Source of the DNA: Octopus sinensis
Taxonomy: Eukaryota
Assembly (NCBI RefSeq): GCF_006345805.1
Contig: NC_043011.1
Span: 52,650,464-52,714,463 of the forward strand
Length of the DNA stretch: 64,000 nucleotides
Reading direction: 5' to 3'
The translations under genes were made by a program, and so were the position numbers. The notes beneath the pieces were generated by a model. That model ran no database searches. It was given only the letters and a program-made list of their open reading frames with translations, and had not been told where the DNA came from. Below are positions 50,690 through 62,110 of the stretch, piece by piece (position 1 is the stretch's first letter; every line of letters begins with the position of its first letter).

Positions 50690-50970
50690 TACGTAGACGA
50701 GACTAAGAGAGGTGGTGAGATGGCGGGGGCGACGTCGAGAGAATGTTTGAATGAAACAGTGTAAGAGGGAGGAAGAGAGTGCTAGATATCATCATCATCA
50801 TCATAAGCAGCAGCAGTATAGTCTATTCACATATCGCGCGCGCGCACATCCCCCGTCTCCACCATCGTCTTTACCACTAGAGTACGATTCTCCGTCACTG
50901 TCTTCCCTTCCCCGTCGACGGGGAAATTTGTCAAGACAAGCGTCAGTGTCTTTATGGCAAGCGTGCTACC
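50690..50970 (+). promoter_or_regulatory. CpG-rich promoter/5'UTR of UPRT
   Basis: High CpG density, a YY1-like gagATGGCGG at about 50720 and a (CG)5 run at about 50836, directly before the strong Kozak gctaccATGG. Confidence 0.5.
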
Positions 50971-51092
50971 ATGGAGCCAGACCTTATTCAAACTGCCCCC
51001 TGTATTGTAAAAGATGAAGAATACGGACCGCAACTAAAAGTTTTGAAAAATACTAACAATATCAAAGAACTGCAGACGTTTTTACGCGATAA
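50971..51092 (+). CDS. UPRT: Uracil phosphoribosyltransferase homolog, first coding exon
   Basis: accATGG start after an in-frame stop at 50878. MEPDLIQTAPCIVKDEEYGPQLKVLKNTNNIKELQTFLRDK matches animal UPRT (human IGAQLKLLPMNDQIRELQTIIRDK). Phase-2 donor AA|gtaaga. Exon 2 not found in window. Confidence 0.88.
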
Positions 51093-51703
51093 GTAAGATT
51101 CTCTTTTTTTTTTTTTTCTGTTAACCTTCTATCTTTGTAATTATACGGGAAGTAGCGAATTCCATTGTAAAAAATCTCAAGGCCAGTTTTTTTTTATTTA
51201 AAAAAAATCTATAGAGAATCGATGATAATATTACTGTCTCGAATTGGATTCGAACTCAGAACTGCGAGAAGCGAAATTGTTAAAATGTTAAAACATTTAA
51301 CTCTGCGCTTTACTATTTGTGTTTGTTTAAAATTAATTTGAAGATAATTGCATTTTTTATGAGTCGAGAACTAAGTCAATTTCTTGCAAGGTTTCCCAAT
51401 TAACTAGTTGAATCGAATCGAAGCGATGTAATAATTATATATATATATATATATATATAAAGTATGAACGGTCTTCCGATGGGTGAAAGAAAACCCGATC
51501 AAGCGGGTTTTGTATGGCGAAACCCGTGAGAATCATTTAATTAGTTTCAGCATTTAATCTGCACCTCTTTTTATTTACGTATGTGTAAAACAAAAACTTT
51601 GGCATTCTTCAAAATTCACGCATGTGTTTGAAGTATTTATTGCTTCTAAGCTTGATGGGGGTCGAAAGATTAAGCGAGTATCTTTAGATTAAACTTAAGA
51701 TAA

Positions 51704-51741
<38 letters not shown>

Positions 51742-52079
51742 ACTACGAATATTTTAATTAGGATGTTAGATCTCTTTATGCTTAAATTTTAGCGCCATTC
51801 AACCTTTTTTATTTCGCATCATCGAGAATCTGGTCTTTATATATATTTCTACCTCCATTTATCTGACTGCAATAACTGTTTTTGTTGCGGGTGGTGGTTG
51901 GGGGTCGTAAATTTTTGAATTTTATTTCATATTGTGACATAATATCGTAGAGGTGAAGTTAAGGAATTTATAATTCAAGGTAAAAAAAAAGGAAAAAACA
52001 TGTAGACACACACACAACACACACATTCTTCGATAAATACCTACTTCCAGCTATGACCATCACATGGTATTTGCCAATC

Positions 52080-52415
52080 AAATTCCGCCGAGGTCGACTT
52101 TGCCTTTCATCCTTTCGGGGTCGATAAATTAAGTACCAGTTACGCACTGGGGTCGATGTAATCGACTTAATACCTATGTCTGTCCTTGTTTGTCCCTTCT
52201 ATGTTTAGCCCCTTGTGGGTAATAAAGAAATAGGTATTTCATGTCTTAATATTCTGAGTTCAAATTCCGCCGAGGTCGACTTTGCCTTTCATCCTTTCGA
52301 GGTCGATAAATTAAGTACCAGTTACGCACTGGAGTCGATGTAATCGACTTAAAACCTATGTCTGTCCTTGTTTGTCCCCTCTGTGTTTAGCCCCTTGTGT
52401 GTAATAAAGAAATAA
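52080..52415 (+). mobile_element. Head-to-tail dimer of 5'-truncated SINEs (8315 family)
   Basis: Two consecutive aattccgccgaggtcgac...aataaagaaata blocks. Confidence 0.85.
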
Positions 52416-55400
52416 GTATTTACCAGACCGTGTTGCTTACCAGAAGTGAATTATATAATGTAGCCATCGTTTTTTAAAGGTGTTACGATGTGATTCGAAG
52501 GAAATGTGGCTTATTTCTAGAAGATCGACATCCCCCCATGTGTGTGTGTATCAGACATTTCTTTGATTGCTTAATCACAACAACAGAAATCGTGTCCTTG
52601 TGATATTTTGAGAGTTACTTTATCTGTGTGTGAACTCTGAAAATATAACAAGGAAGATGTATATTTCTTCCGTTTTGATGATTAAGCTATTAAAGGAATA
52701 TCTATATATATATTTAAAAAAAACCCTATTGTTTGTGTTTTACGTTTTATAAAAACTGTTCATCTTCTTCAACACATGCACGAACGTGTGTGTGTGTGTA
52801 ATTTTATCCGCTTTTAGTAGCTTAAGCCGGATTGTTTATATTTTCTTTTGCAATTTGATAAGAAGGAAGTTCTTTTCGTGTGAATCCAGTAGACCAGAAA
52901 ATCAAAATATAAGGCTGATGGTGAAAGCAATTGTCGATGACTCCTGTTTCTATCAGAAATCTCAATTTTGTTCTTTTCTTTTTTTAGCCCCTAGACAATC
53001 GTGATCGAGCAGTCTTCTATTATTATATTTTTTGCTTCTTTTTGTGTATAAGAGACATCATTGCTTTGTTTATTCTTCAATTAAAACAATAAGTCGGTGC
53101 GATTAGAGGGAGATTTGGCTACTGGTTAGCGACCACCACGTTGGACAGCCTGTCTTTTATATTTGTCTGTCTGAGACAAGTCATTATGCTATATCAGTTT
53201 ATGATTGGTAGTTTTAAATGGATTCATTAATACCAGGGGGTCTTTAAAATGCGTAACTAATTTAATTACCCCCTTCCACTTCCATTATGTTCGGGTTTAA
53301 CCCTATTTTCCCCATTTTCCACTGCCTTTCTCGTTTCATACCGTTTTCATAAAACTGTTTCTTTTGTTATATATATATATATATATATCAATCAATAATA
53401 AAAGGGTAAAATCAATTAATTATTAATTAATTTCACCAAGTAGTGTATCTGGGAGACTTTTCTTATAGTAGTAGAAATGGCTAAAAAACTTTTTGGCTGC
53501 TATTTCTAAAAGTTTCAGTATGTGGTTAAAGTAAATTATTTTACTGAGCCCTAATTATATAACGTAATATATATATATATAATTATGGCGGTGCCCCAGC
53601 ATGGCCACAACTCGTGAGCTGAAACTAGAATCAATCAATCATATATATATATATATTATATATATATATATATATGAGAGAGATATAAGTATGAAGACAA
53701 CTCCCTAGCCTTTGTTAAAGAATGATAAGGGCCTGAGGTAAAGATTACGTACACCACCCATTTTCGGCCTAACAATGACCCTTACCCTAAACACCGGGCG
53801 CACGTATTCTTTACTTTTGCCGCGAAATATGTGCTGTTAGCTTGTGTCTTCATTCATTGTTCGTTTTGCAATTTAATTAAGACTTCCTCAGATTACGTTC
53901 GTTTCTTCGATTTTTACAAAATTTTCATCTGATATCTGCCGCAATATTCCCCCCCCCCCCACACTTAACATCGTAACTTTGATCCAAGAGGAAAATACTG
54001 TTCTTAAATTCTATAAACTGCTTTTTGAAGTGTAATTATAAACTGTTTACTTTTTTGATAGACAATGAATAGTGTTAGATGGCAATGTTCGATGCTCTGT
54101 ACATAGTAATATAAATATATATATATTACACAATTGTACAGTACACGTGGCTAATCGACCTGGTAGAAATAGCAGCCAAATATCCACACCCTACCATCGT
54201 TAAAAAAAAAAGGATGATATGGTCCTAAAAAATGACTAGATAGCACTTGGACGGAATGTCTACTGCGTCAGGACTGACCTGGAACCAAATGCATATGGTG
54301 CTGTTTTGTGGATCACTTCATAGTCTCTGACATGTCTCTTATTGCCGACATTAAAATATTTAAAGAATTATTCGTCTTTGTCGGCATGTAGTGTATATAT
54401 ATATTTATTTAGGTTATATTTTGTCTTCCGTGTATTACTTCTGCTTTTTTTTAGTTTTTGCCTGAACAAAGGCATTTTTTTTTACCTTGGATATTCGGTG
54501 GCTGAGATGAAATTACAGTTTTAAATACCTTATAATGTTTTAGCTAATGATAACGTTGACAAAAATAAAATGAATGAAAATCATAAACTTTAAACTTATT
54601 GTAGAAAGCTTTTTTTACTAATAATAATTCTTATCATTAACATTAAAACTGACATGTTTGATCTTTGTTTATTCTGCCGATCACTTATCAAATGCCGATC
54701 GCTTCGTATTAACAGGTGGTCTCTCTTACGAACTCTGATAGTCATTCTTTTCTTTAGATCGGCAGGTCAGTATCCTCTTATGGCAGTTGTTTCGATACTA
54801 CACTGGTTTATCAATAATCATAATTTTACTCGGTTCCATTTCGTTGGTTAGCTGCAGATTTAGTAGGAAAATAAACTAATCATATTTTAGGACTGATAGC
54901 TTCTGTACACCGTTCTTTGTGTGTATGTATACACACAACAGCCCTTTTTTTTTATCTGGTTAGAAAGTAATAAAAATTGGAGGAATCATTGGAATGTTGA
55001 ACGAAAGGATTAAGTAAAAATCCCACCCTAATCAATCCGCCTCTCAGCTTTGTAGGGTCGATTGATGTGTATGCGTTATGTGGGTGGATGTACATCAAAT
55101 CAAAGGGAACTGCTATGCAGTTAATTAGTCTACTGAAAATAGCAATCAAATCACAGTGTCATCTTAAAAGAAGGCCAAGTTTGATAATGTAACCGTAGAT
55201 GATACGCCGGAGTAATTGCTAAAATAGTTTTTTTTTTTATCTACGATCAACTAATATATAATCCAAATAAAAAGACAGAGTTTAGCACATCGTTAATGAC
55301 CAGTTACAATTGTTTTAAACACCATTGCATGTTAAAGTACCATGTGAAAAGTTATGTGATTGCAGTTTTAAAGTTAAGAGTACCCCTTCGTCAGACTTGC

Positions 55401-55470
55401 ATCAAAGGATGGACTCTTATATTGTTCACAAAGTATGAGCACACCTTTTGATGCAAGTCTGAAGTGCCTC

Positions 55471-55620
55471 TCTTTCTTATCAGCTTAATATCTGATGTGG
55501 CCCCTATTTAGGGCCACCGATATTAAACTGATATTTAGAACGAGGCGAAGAGTTAGGGACTTGCTCCACCTTTGCCACGGGTTGGTCTGGTATAGCAGTA
55601 CTTCTAGGATTCAGCCCATC
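55471..55620 (+). pseudogene. 5'-truncated U2 snRNA copy
   Basis: TTCTTATCAGCTTAATATCTGAT (stem IIa), GTGGCCC/GGGCCAC (IIb), CTTGCTCC, CTGGTATAGCAGTAC (stem-loop IV). Stem I and the GUAGUA branch-pairing sequence are missing. Sm site reads ATATTTA. Confidence 0.85.
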
Positions 55621-56312
55621 TCCCACCGGGAGATAAAAATAAACTAATATTTAAATACTTTGCAGTAATTAGTTATGTCCTAAGTAGAAATCCCATTGAA
55701 TTTAAGTTTGTTCTTCATTATTTTTTTTATTACTTGCTGGATGGAGGAAGGGGAAGAGCTCATGGCCCTCAATAGGACTTCCTTGACCAGTGATATTGAT
55801 ACTATTAATGTTCCTCTTAAATCTTCATAAGTCATACCTACAAGAAAGACATGAGCAAAGAGGGAATTCTAGAGTTCCAACATTCTGCTAAAGAAGGACT
55901 AAGCATTGTGATTTGTGCAGGGCCTATGGAGGTGGTGGTGGGGAGAATAAACTCAACAGGAATGATGAGAGGAGGAGAGTTAGCTGGGTCAGCAATGCCT
56001 GAGTAGTGATGACACGAGCCCAATTAGTTACAAGGAGCAGAGGCCATTATAGTAGCAGTTGTCAAGGTAGAAAGGGGAGTCAAAGTACCTGTAAGCCAGA
56101 GGAAGGAGTGTCTGTGAGCAAATTTGTGTAGATTTCATATATGGCTTCAAGGTTGCCAGTGAATTATATAATGGGAGTTTATTCCGTCAACTACTCATCC
56201 ACCTCTAATTTGTGGCTTTCAGACAGTGTAAGAAAACATCAATATAAGTACTGACATATTACTAAAGATTCTTTGAAATGTGCCAAGTTCTTCACTTTTT
56301 TTTTTTCATTAA

Positions 56313-56533
56313 CCCCTTCGTTACTGTATTTATTTTGAGATGCTCTGTATTTCTTTCAATTACTTTAAATATAACAAAGAATTTAGTAAAATAACTTAGT
56401 TGTCATTCAGCTAGTGTTAGGAACATAAATTGTGACTAAGGTTTGGTGGGAGATTTTAATTCAAAACTTATGAAAACAAGACATTTGTAATACAGAGCCA
56501 GAGCTGGTTTCAGCCGGGTTGGTAATGAAAGGG
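56313..56533. mobile_element. piggyBac-type MITE, family A
   Basis: TTAA|CCCCTTCGTTAC...GGTAATGAAAGGG|TTAA. Confidence 0.85.
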
Positions 56534-56811
56534 TTAAACTCCTTCCCAGTTCAATAATAAAGCTTCAATAGTTTGATACCATTCAAACCAGTCCTTAGTA
56601 AGTTGCTGTACTTTGTCCCTTGTAAAATGCATTCCTCTCAGCTCACCTTCAGCTGTTCTTTGCCCATCCAGGTTTTTACTTTCTAGGTGCTATCTATCTT
56701 AATACTACCGTTGGTATTCTCTCTCAGTCCATTCTGAATATGTGGCCTAACCACCGGCATTTTATTTCAAGGCCATCAGTTTTGCAATACATCTAATCAT
56801 TTGTTACTTAG

Positions 56812-58611
56812 TTGTACACAGAAGAATTCAAAGTAGAGGTTGGGGTCCACCAGGGTTCAATACTCAGCCCCCTCTTATTTATCATAGTCCTCCAGGCAAT
56901 TACGGAGGAATTCAAGACAGGTTGTCCCTGGGAGCTCCTCTACGCTGACGACCTTGCTCTTATTGCTGAGTCACTATCAGAGCTGGAGGAGAAGTTCCAG
57001 TGTGGAAGGAGGGTTTAGAATCGAGGGGCCTTAGAGTCAACCTAGCTAAAACCAAAGTACTAATAAGTAGGAAGGTAGACAATCCACAAATGTCTTCAGG
57101 AAGATGGCCCTGCTCGATCTGTAGAAAAGGTGTAGGTAGAAACTCTATAAGATGTACCCAGTGTAAGCTATGGACACATAAGAGGTGCAGCAATGTCAAA
57201 GGTAGGCTAACTGGGAAGATAGTTTTTGTTTGTGGCAGATGCTCAGGAGCATTAACCTCCGAAAATCTGCAGAAAATAACTTCCGTCACTTTCCAAGGGG
57301 AAAAACTAGAAGTAGTTGATAGCTTCCGTTATCTAGGTGACCAAGTCAGTAGTGGGGGTGGGTGCGCTGAAAGTGTAACTGCTAGAATAAGAATAGCCTG
57401 GGCAAAGTTTAGGGAGCTCTTACCTCTGCTGGTGACTAAAGGCCTCTCACTCAGAGTAAAAGGCAGACTGTATGATGCGTGTGTACGAACAGCCATGCTA
57501 CATGGCAGTGAAACATGGGCCGTGACTGCCGAGGACATGCGTAAGCTCGTGAGGAATGAAGCCAGTATGCTGCGATGGATGTGTAATGTCAGTGTGCATG
57601 CTCGACAGAGCGTTAGCACCTAGAGAGAAATGTTGTACCTAAGAGGCATCAGTTGTGGTGTGCAAGAGAGACAATTGCGCTGGTATGGCCATGTGGCGAG
57701 AATGGATGAAGATAGGTGTGTGAGAAAGTGCCAATCCTTAGCAGTTGAGGGAACCCGTGGAAGAGGTAGACCCAGGAAAACCTGGGACAAGGTGGTGAAG
57801 CACGACCTTCGAACTTTAGGCCTCACTGAGGAAATGACCAGCGACCGAGACCTTTGGAAATATTCTGTACGTGAGAAGACCAGGCAGGACAAGTGAGCCC
57901 AGCCCACTTATGAATGCCTTTCCTCCCTTGGACACAAAGACCTGTTGAGGCAAGCGAAGTCGATATAGAACCTCATCCGACGACAGGCACCCATGCCAAC
58001 CCCTTTTGCTTGCGAAGACATGTTGGGGCAAGCGAAATCGAAATCGAATTGAACCAGCCAGGATCCCTGGTCTGGTGGTACGTAAAAAGCACTATCCGAC
58101 TCGTGGCCTATGCCAGCGCCGCCTCCACTGGCTTCCGGGCCGGTGGCACGTAAAATACACCAATCTGACCATACGACAGGCACCCATGCCAACCCCCTTT
58201 GCTTGCGAAGACATGTTGGGGCAAGCGAAATCGAAATCGAATTGAACCAGCCAGGATCCCTGGTCTGGTGGTACGTAAAAAGCACTATCCGACTCGTGGC
58301 GTAAAAAGCACTGTCCGACTCGTGGCCGATGCCAGCACCGCCTCGTCTGGCTTCCGTGCCGGTGGCACATAAAATACACCAATCCGACCGTGGCCGTTGC
58401 CAGCCTCGCCTGGCACCTGTGCAGGTGGCACGTAAAAAGCACCCACTACACTCACGGAGTGGTTGGCGTTAGGAAGGGCATCCAGCTGTAGAAACACTGC
58501 CAGATAAGACTGGAGCCTGGTGCAGCCTTCTGGCTTCCCAGATCCCCGGTTGAACCGTCCAACCCATGCTAGCATGGAGAACGGACGTTAAACGATGATG
58601 ATGATGATGAT
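56812..58611 (+). mobile_element. 5'-truncated RTE-clade LINE (RT C-terminal half, 3'UTR, (GAT)n tail)
   Basis: VGVHQGSILSPLLF, LLYADDLAL, FRYLGD, WAKFREL, RLRWYGHV, RGRGRPRKTW. Frameshifts near 57000 and 57630, stop at 57621. Confidence 0.95.
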
Positions 58612-59254
58612 TGACCCAGAACATGTGGCAAATTTTCCTCTGGCACTTGCTATGAAACACATTGATCTTGTGTCTTTTATCACATTAGGACAGATTTGAC
58701 ATTACTGATGTAGAAAATATATTTTGCCCAATAACTATATTACACTAGACTTCCACATTGACTGAACCCTGGTGAATGCCACACAGCCTTTGGTATGTCT
58801 TGCTTGAATACCTTTTGTTTTTACCCCATTGATCTTGCAGATAAGGCTTCCTAGTTATGTAAAGCCCTCCTCATAGCCTAGTGGTTCACTTTTGGTGCAA
58901 GCTTGTTAGAATTTATGAACTTGGCTTGTGTTTTTAAAGTATTGTTATAACTTGTCTGCTGTGCATAATTGTTTGACCATCCAGTTTTCTCCTGTAGGTG
59001 ATTTCTTTGTTAGGAAAAGGCTGCCAGTTAAGATCTAAAGCATCTACTGGATTCTTTTGTCTTACATTTGACTGAATTGATAAGAAGTTGGAAGTGGATC
59101 AGGGAGAAGATAAAAATACTGTTGCACATCAGGTTCCTTATTGTGCTCATTGACAAGAAGACAGTGTCTTGTCAAAGATCACACTTCATTCAAAATAGCT
59201 ATAGAATAAACAATGACAGTTTTCTTAAGGATTCCATATGACCTCAAAATCTTT

Positions 59255-59610
59255 GGCTGTGTGGTAAGTAGCTTGTTTACCAACCACATAGTTCCAGGTT
59301 CAGTCCCACTGCATGGCACCTTGGGCAAGTGTCTTCTGCTATAGCCTCAGGCTGACCAAAGCCTTGTGAGTGGATTTGGTAGACGGAAACTGAAAGAAGC
59401 CTGTTGTGTATATATATTTGTGTGTCTGTGTTTGTCCCCCCCCCACCATCGCTTGACAACTGATGTTGATATGTTTATGTCCCCATAACTTAGCAGTTCA
59501 GCAAAAAGAGACCATAGACTTACAAAGAATAAGTTCTGGGGTTGATTTATTCGACTAAAGGCAGTGCTCCAGCATGACCACAGTCAAATGACTGAAATAA
59601 GTAAAAGAAT
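59255..59610 (+). mobile_element. CORE-type SINE
   Basis: Family match. Confidence 0.85.
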
Positions 59611-59984
59611 GTCTTTCTGAGGTACAGTGTCAAAAATCCTGAAGTTTATGAAATTGATGTATAATAGGACATTCTACTCAAGATATTGGTTTCAAATGTT
59701 GGCACAAGGCCAGCAATTTCAAGGCACTTGGTAAGTTGATTACTTCAGCCTTAGTGGTCAACTAGTACTTATTTTATTGACCCTAAAAGGATGAAAGGTC
59801 TGGTTAAACTCAACGTAAAGATGGACAAACTACCACTAAACATTTTGCCCATCACAGTAACAATTCTGCCAGCTTGCTGCCTTTATGTATGACTGTCACA
59901 ACAAAAAAATTTCAACCTTTCCAATTCATTACATACAATGAATTGTTCTCCAGTTGTGACCTTCCTGTCTTTTTATACCTATTT

Positions 59985-60198
59985 CTTTATTATCCACAAG
60001 GGGCTAAACATAGAGGGGACAAACAAGGACAGACATAGGTATTAAGTCGATTACATCGACCCCAGTGCGTAACTGGTACTTATTTAATCGACCCCGAAAG
60101 GATGAATGGCAAAGTCGAACTCACAACGTAACGCAGACGAAATACCACTTAGCATTTCGCCCGGCGTGCTAACGTTTCTTCCAGCTCGCCGCCTTATA
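59985..60198 (-). mobile_element. tRNA SINE (8315 family)
   Basis: Family match with a small internal deletion. Confidence 0.85.
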
Positions 60199-60229
60199 TA
60201 ATTCAGATGTTCTGTTTTTTTTATACCTA

Positions 60230-60267
<38 letters not shown>

Positions 60268-60278
60268 ATGCATACATA

Positions 60279-61703
60279 CAGGGTGTGTAAGGTATTTGAG
60301 GACATACTTTTTGGGGTCATTACTGCATTTTTTTGCTAACTCTGTATAATCTTTGTTTCAGGAAATAATAACGGCAGGCCCTCAGCTTACTCAAGAAATG
60401 ACGATGCATGCTGTTATTTTGGTTATAAAGGCTAAGCTTAGTGATTTAGAAATATCTCAATTATTAAAAGTTGCCAGATCTTTCATCTACAAATTTTGTA
60501 AAGAGCTAGAGACTGAAGATGGAAATGTATCACCAGTATCAGAACATAAAAAGCATTCTAAACGCTCTGAAACCGTCAGAACATCTGAATTTATCCAGCA
60601 AGTTCTACAGACCATTGATTACAATCCCAGAGAGTCCATGAGGTCAGTTGCAAAAGAACTTCATGTGTCAGAAGGAATAGTCAGAAATGTTGTCCACAAA
60701 AACATCAGATATAGTCTTAAATGATGAGGAAAGGTCAATTTGTAAGAAAAAGCGAAAGAAAATCACTACATCAGATCTAAAAGGCTTTTAAACTGAAAAA
60801 TCCAGTAGAAAATTTGATTTGGTGTTTACTCAAATGAGAAAAACTTCGACCAAGATCAGAAAGTTAACTAAAGAGATGACAGATGGTTCTGAAGTTCCAA
60901 GTGTTATGCATACAAAATTTCCTGCAACTGTCCTGGCTTTAGGGGTTGTCAGCAATAAAGGATGTGATGCCTCTTGACTTCTTTCCATAAGGCCTTAGAG
61001 TTAACTCTGCCACCTACATTGAGACCTTGGAAATTATTGTTAAACCCTGGATAGACAGTGTATGCAATGGAAGGCCATATGTGTTTCAGTAAGACTCTGC
61101 ACTATCACTCATAGCTCTACTAACACAGGAATGGATGGCTGAAAATTTTCACAATCACATAACCCCTGACATTTGGCCTCCTAATTCCCCAGATCTCAAT
61201 CCATTGGACTAATACATGTGGGGCAGTTGTTGAGAAAGAGATGTCAATGAACATACCCATAATAACAAAAGCTGCCATAGTCAGAGTAATGTTCAGAATG
61301 TGCAGGTGGCACGTAAAAAGCACTCACTACACTCACGGAGTGGTTGGCGTTAGGAAGGGCATCCAGCTGTAGAAACACTGCCAGATAAGACTGGAGCCCT
61401 GGTGCAGCCTTCTGGCTTCCCAGGTCCCCAGTCGAACCGTCCAACACATGCTAGCATGGAGAACGGACGTTAAACGATGATGATGATGATGAACCAGGAC
61501 TACTGGATTCTACAATGTAGATGATTTAAATCTCATATAGAAGCAGTTGTTGCAGCTGAAGGTGGCTTTATTGAATAACATTATAGAAAAGAAGGTTTAT
61601 TTTTATCCTCATAGCATTTTTTGATAAATAAAGTTATTATCTGTTATTATATATTTGTTTTGTTATAAACATAAATCTGTCCTCAAATGTCTTACACACC
61701 CTG
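60279..61703 (+). mobile_element. Tc1/mariner-superfamily transposon, probably DD37D (maT), inactivated
   Basis: TA|CAGGGTGTGTAAGGTATTTGAGGACA and TGTCCTCAAATGTCTTACACACCCTG|TA (24/26). Motifs S(N)EKNFDQDQKVN, FQ*DSA, WPPNSPDLNPLD. Confidence 0.88.
61300..61491 (+). mobile_element. RTE 3'-end copy nested in the maT transposase
   Basis: Interrupts AAIVRVM...NQD; (GAT)n tail fused to atgaacc. Confidence 0.88.
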
Positions 61704-61715
61704 TATATATATATA

Positions 61716-62110
61716 GGCACAGGCATGGCTGTGTGGTAAGAAGCTTGCTTCCCAACCACATGGTTCCAGGTTCAGTTCCACTGCATGGCACCTTGAGCAA
61801 AAGTCTTCTACCATAACCTTGAGCCAACTAAAAACTTGTGATTGGATTTGGTAGATGGAAACTGAAAGAATCTCATCATATATGTATATATTTTTGCGTC
61901 TGTGTTTGTCCCTCAGAACCACTTGACAACCGGTGTTGGTGTGTTTATGTCTCTGTAACTAAGTGGTTTGGTTAAAGAGACCAATAGAATAAGTACTAAG
62001 CTGAACAAAAAATAAGTACTGGGGTTGATTCATTCGACTAAAAAAAATATTCTTCAAGGTGGTACCCCAGTATGGCCACAATCTAATGACTGAAACAAGT
62101 ATAAGATAAA
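61716..62110 (+). mobile_element. CORE-type SINE, diverged
   Basis: Family match. Confidence 0.8.

Noticed and set aside
54654-54770. FVYSADHL/NADRF resemblance to UPRT exon 2 (DFxFSADRL)
   Set aside because: Frameshifted relative to the upstream D, no usable acceptor or donor, and part of a ctgccgatc/gatcggcag inverted repeat, so probably a decayed MITE.
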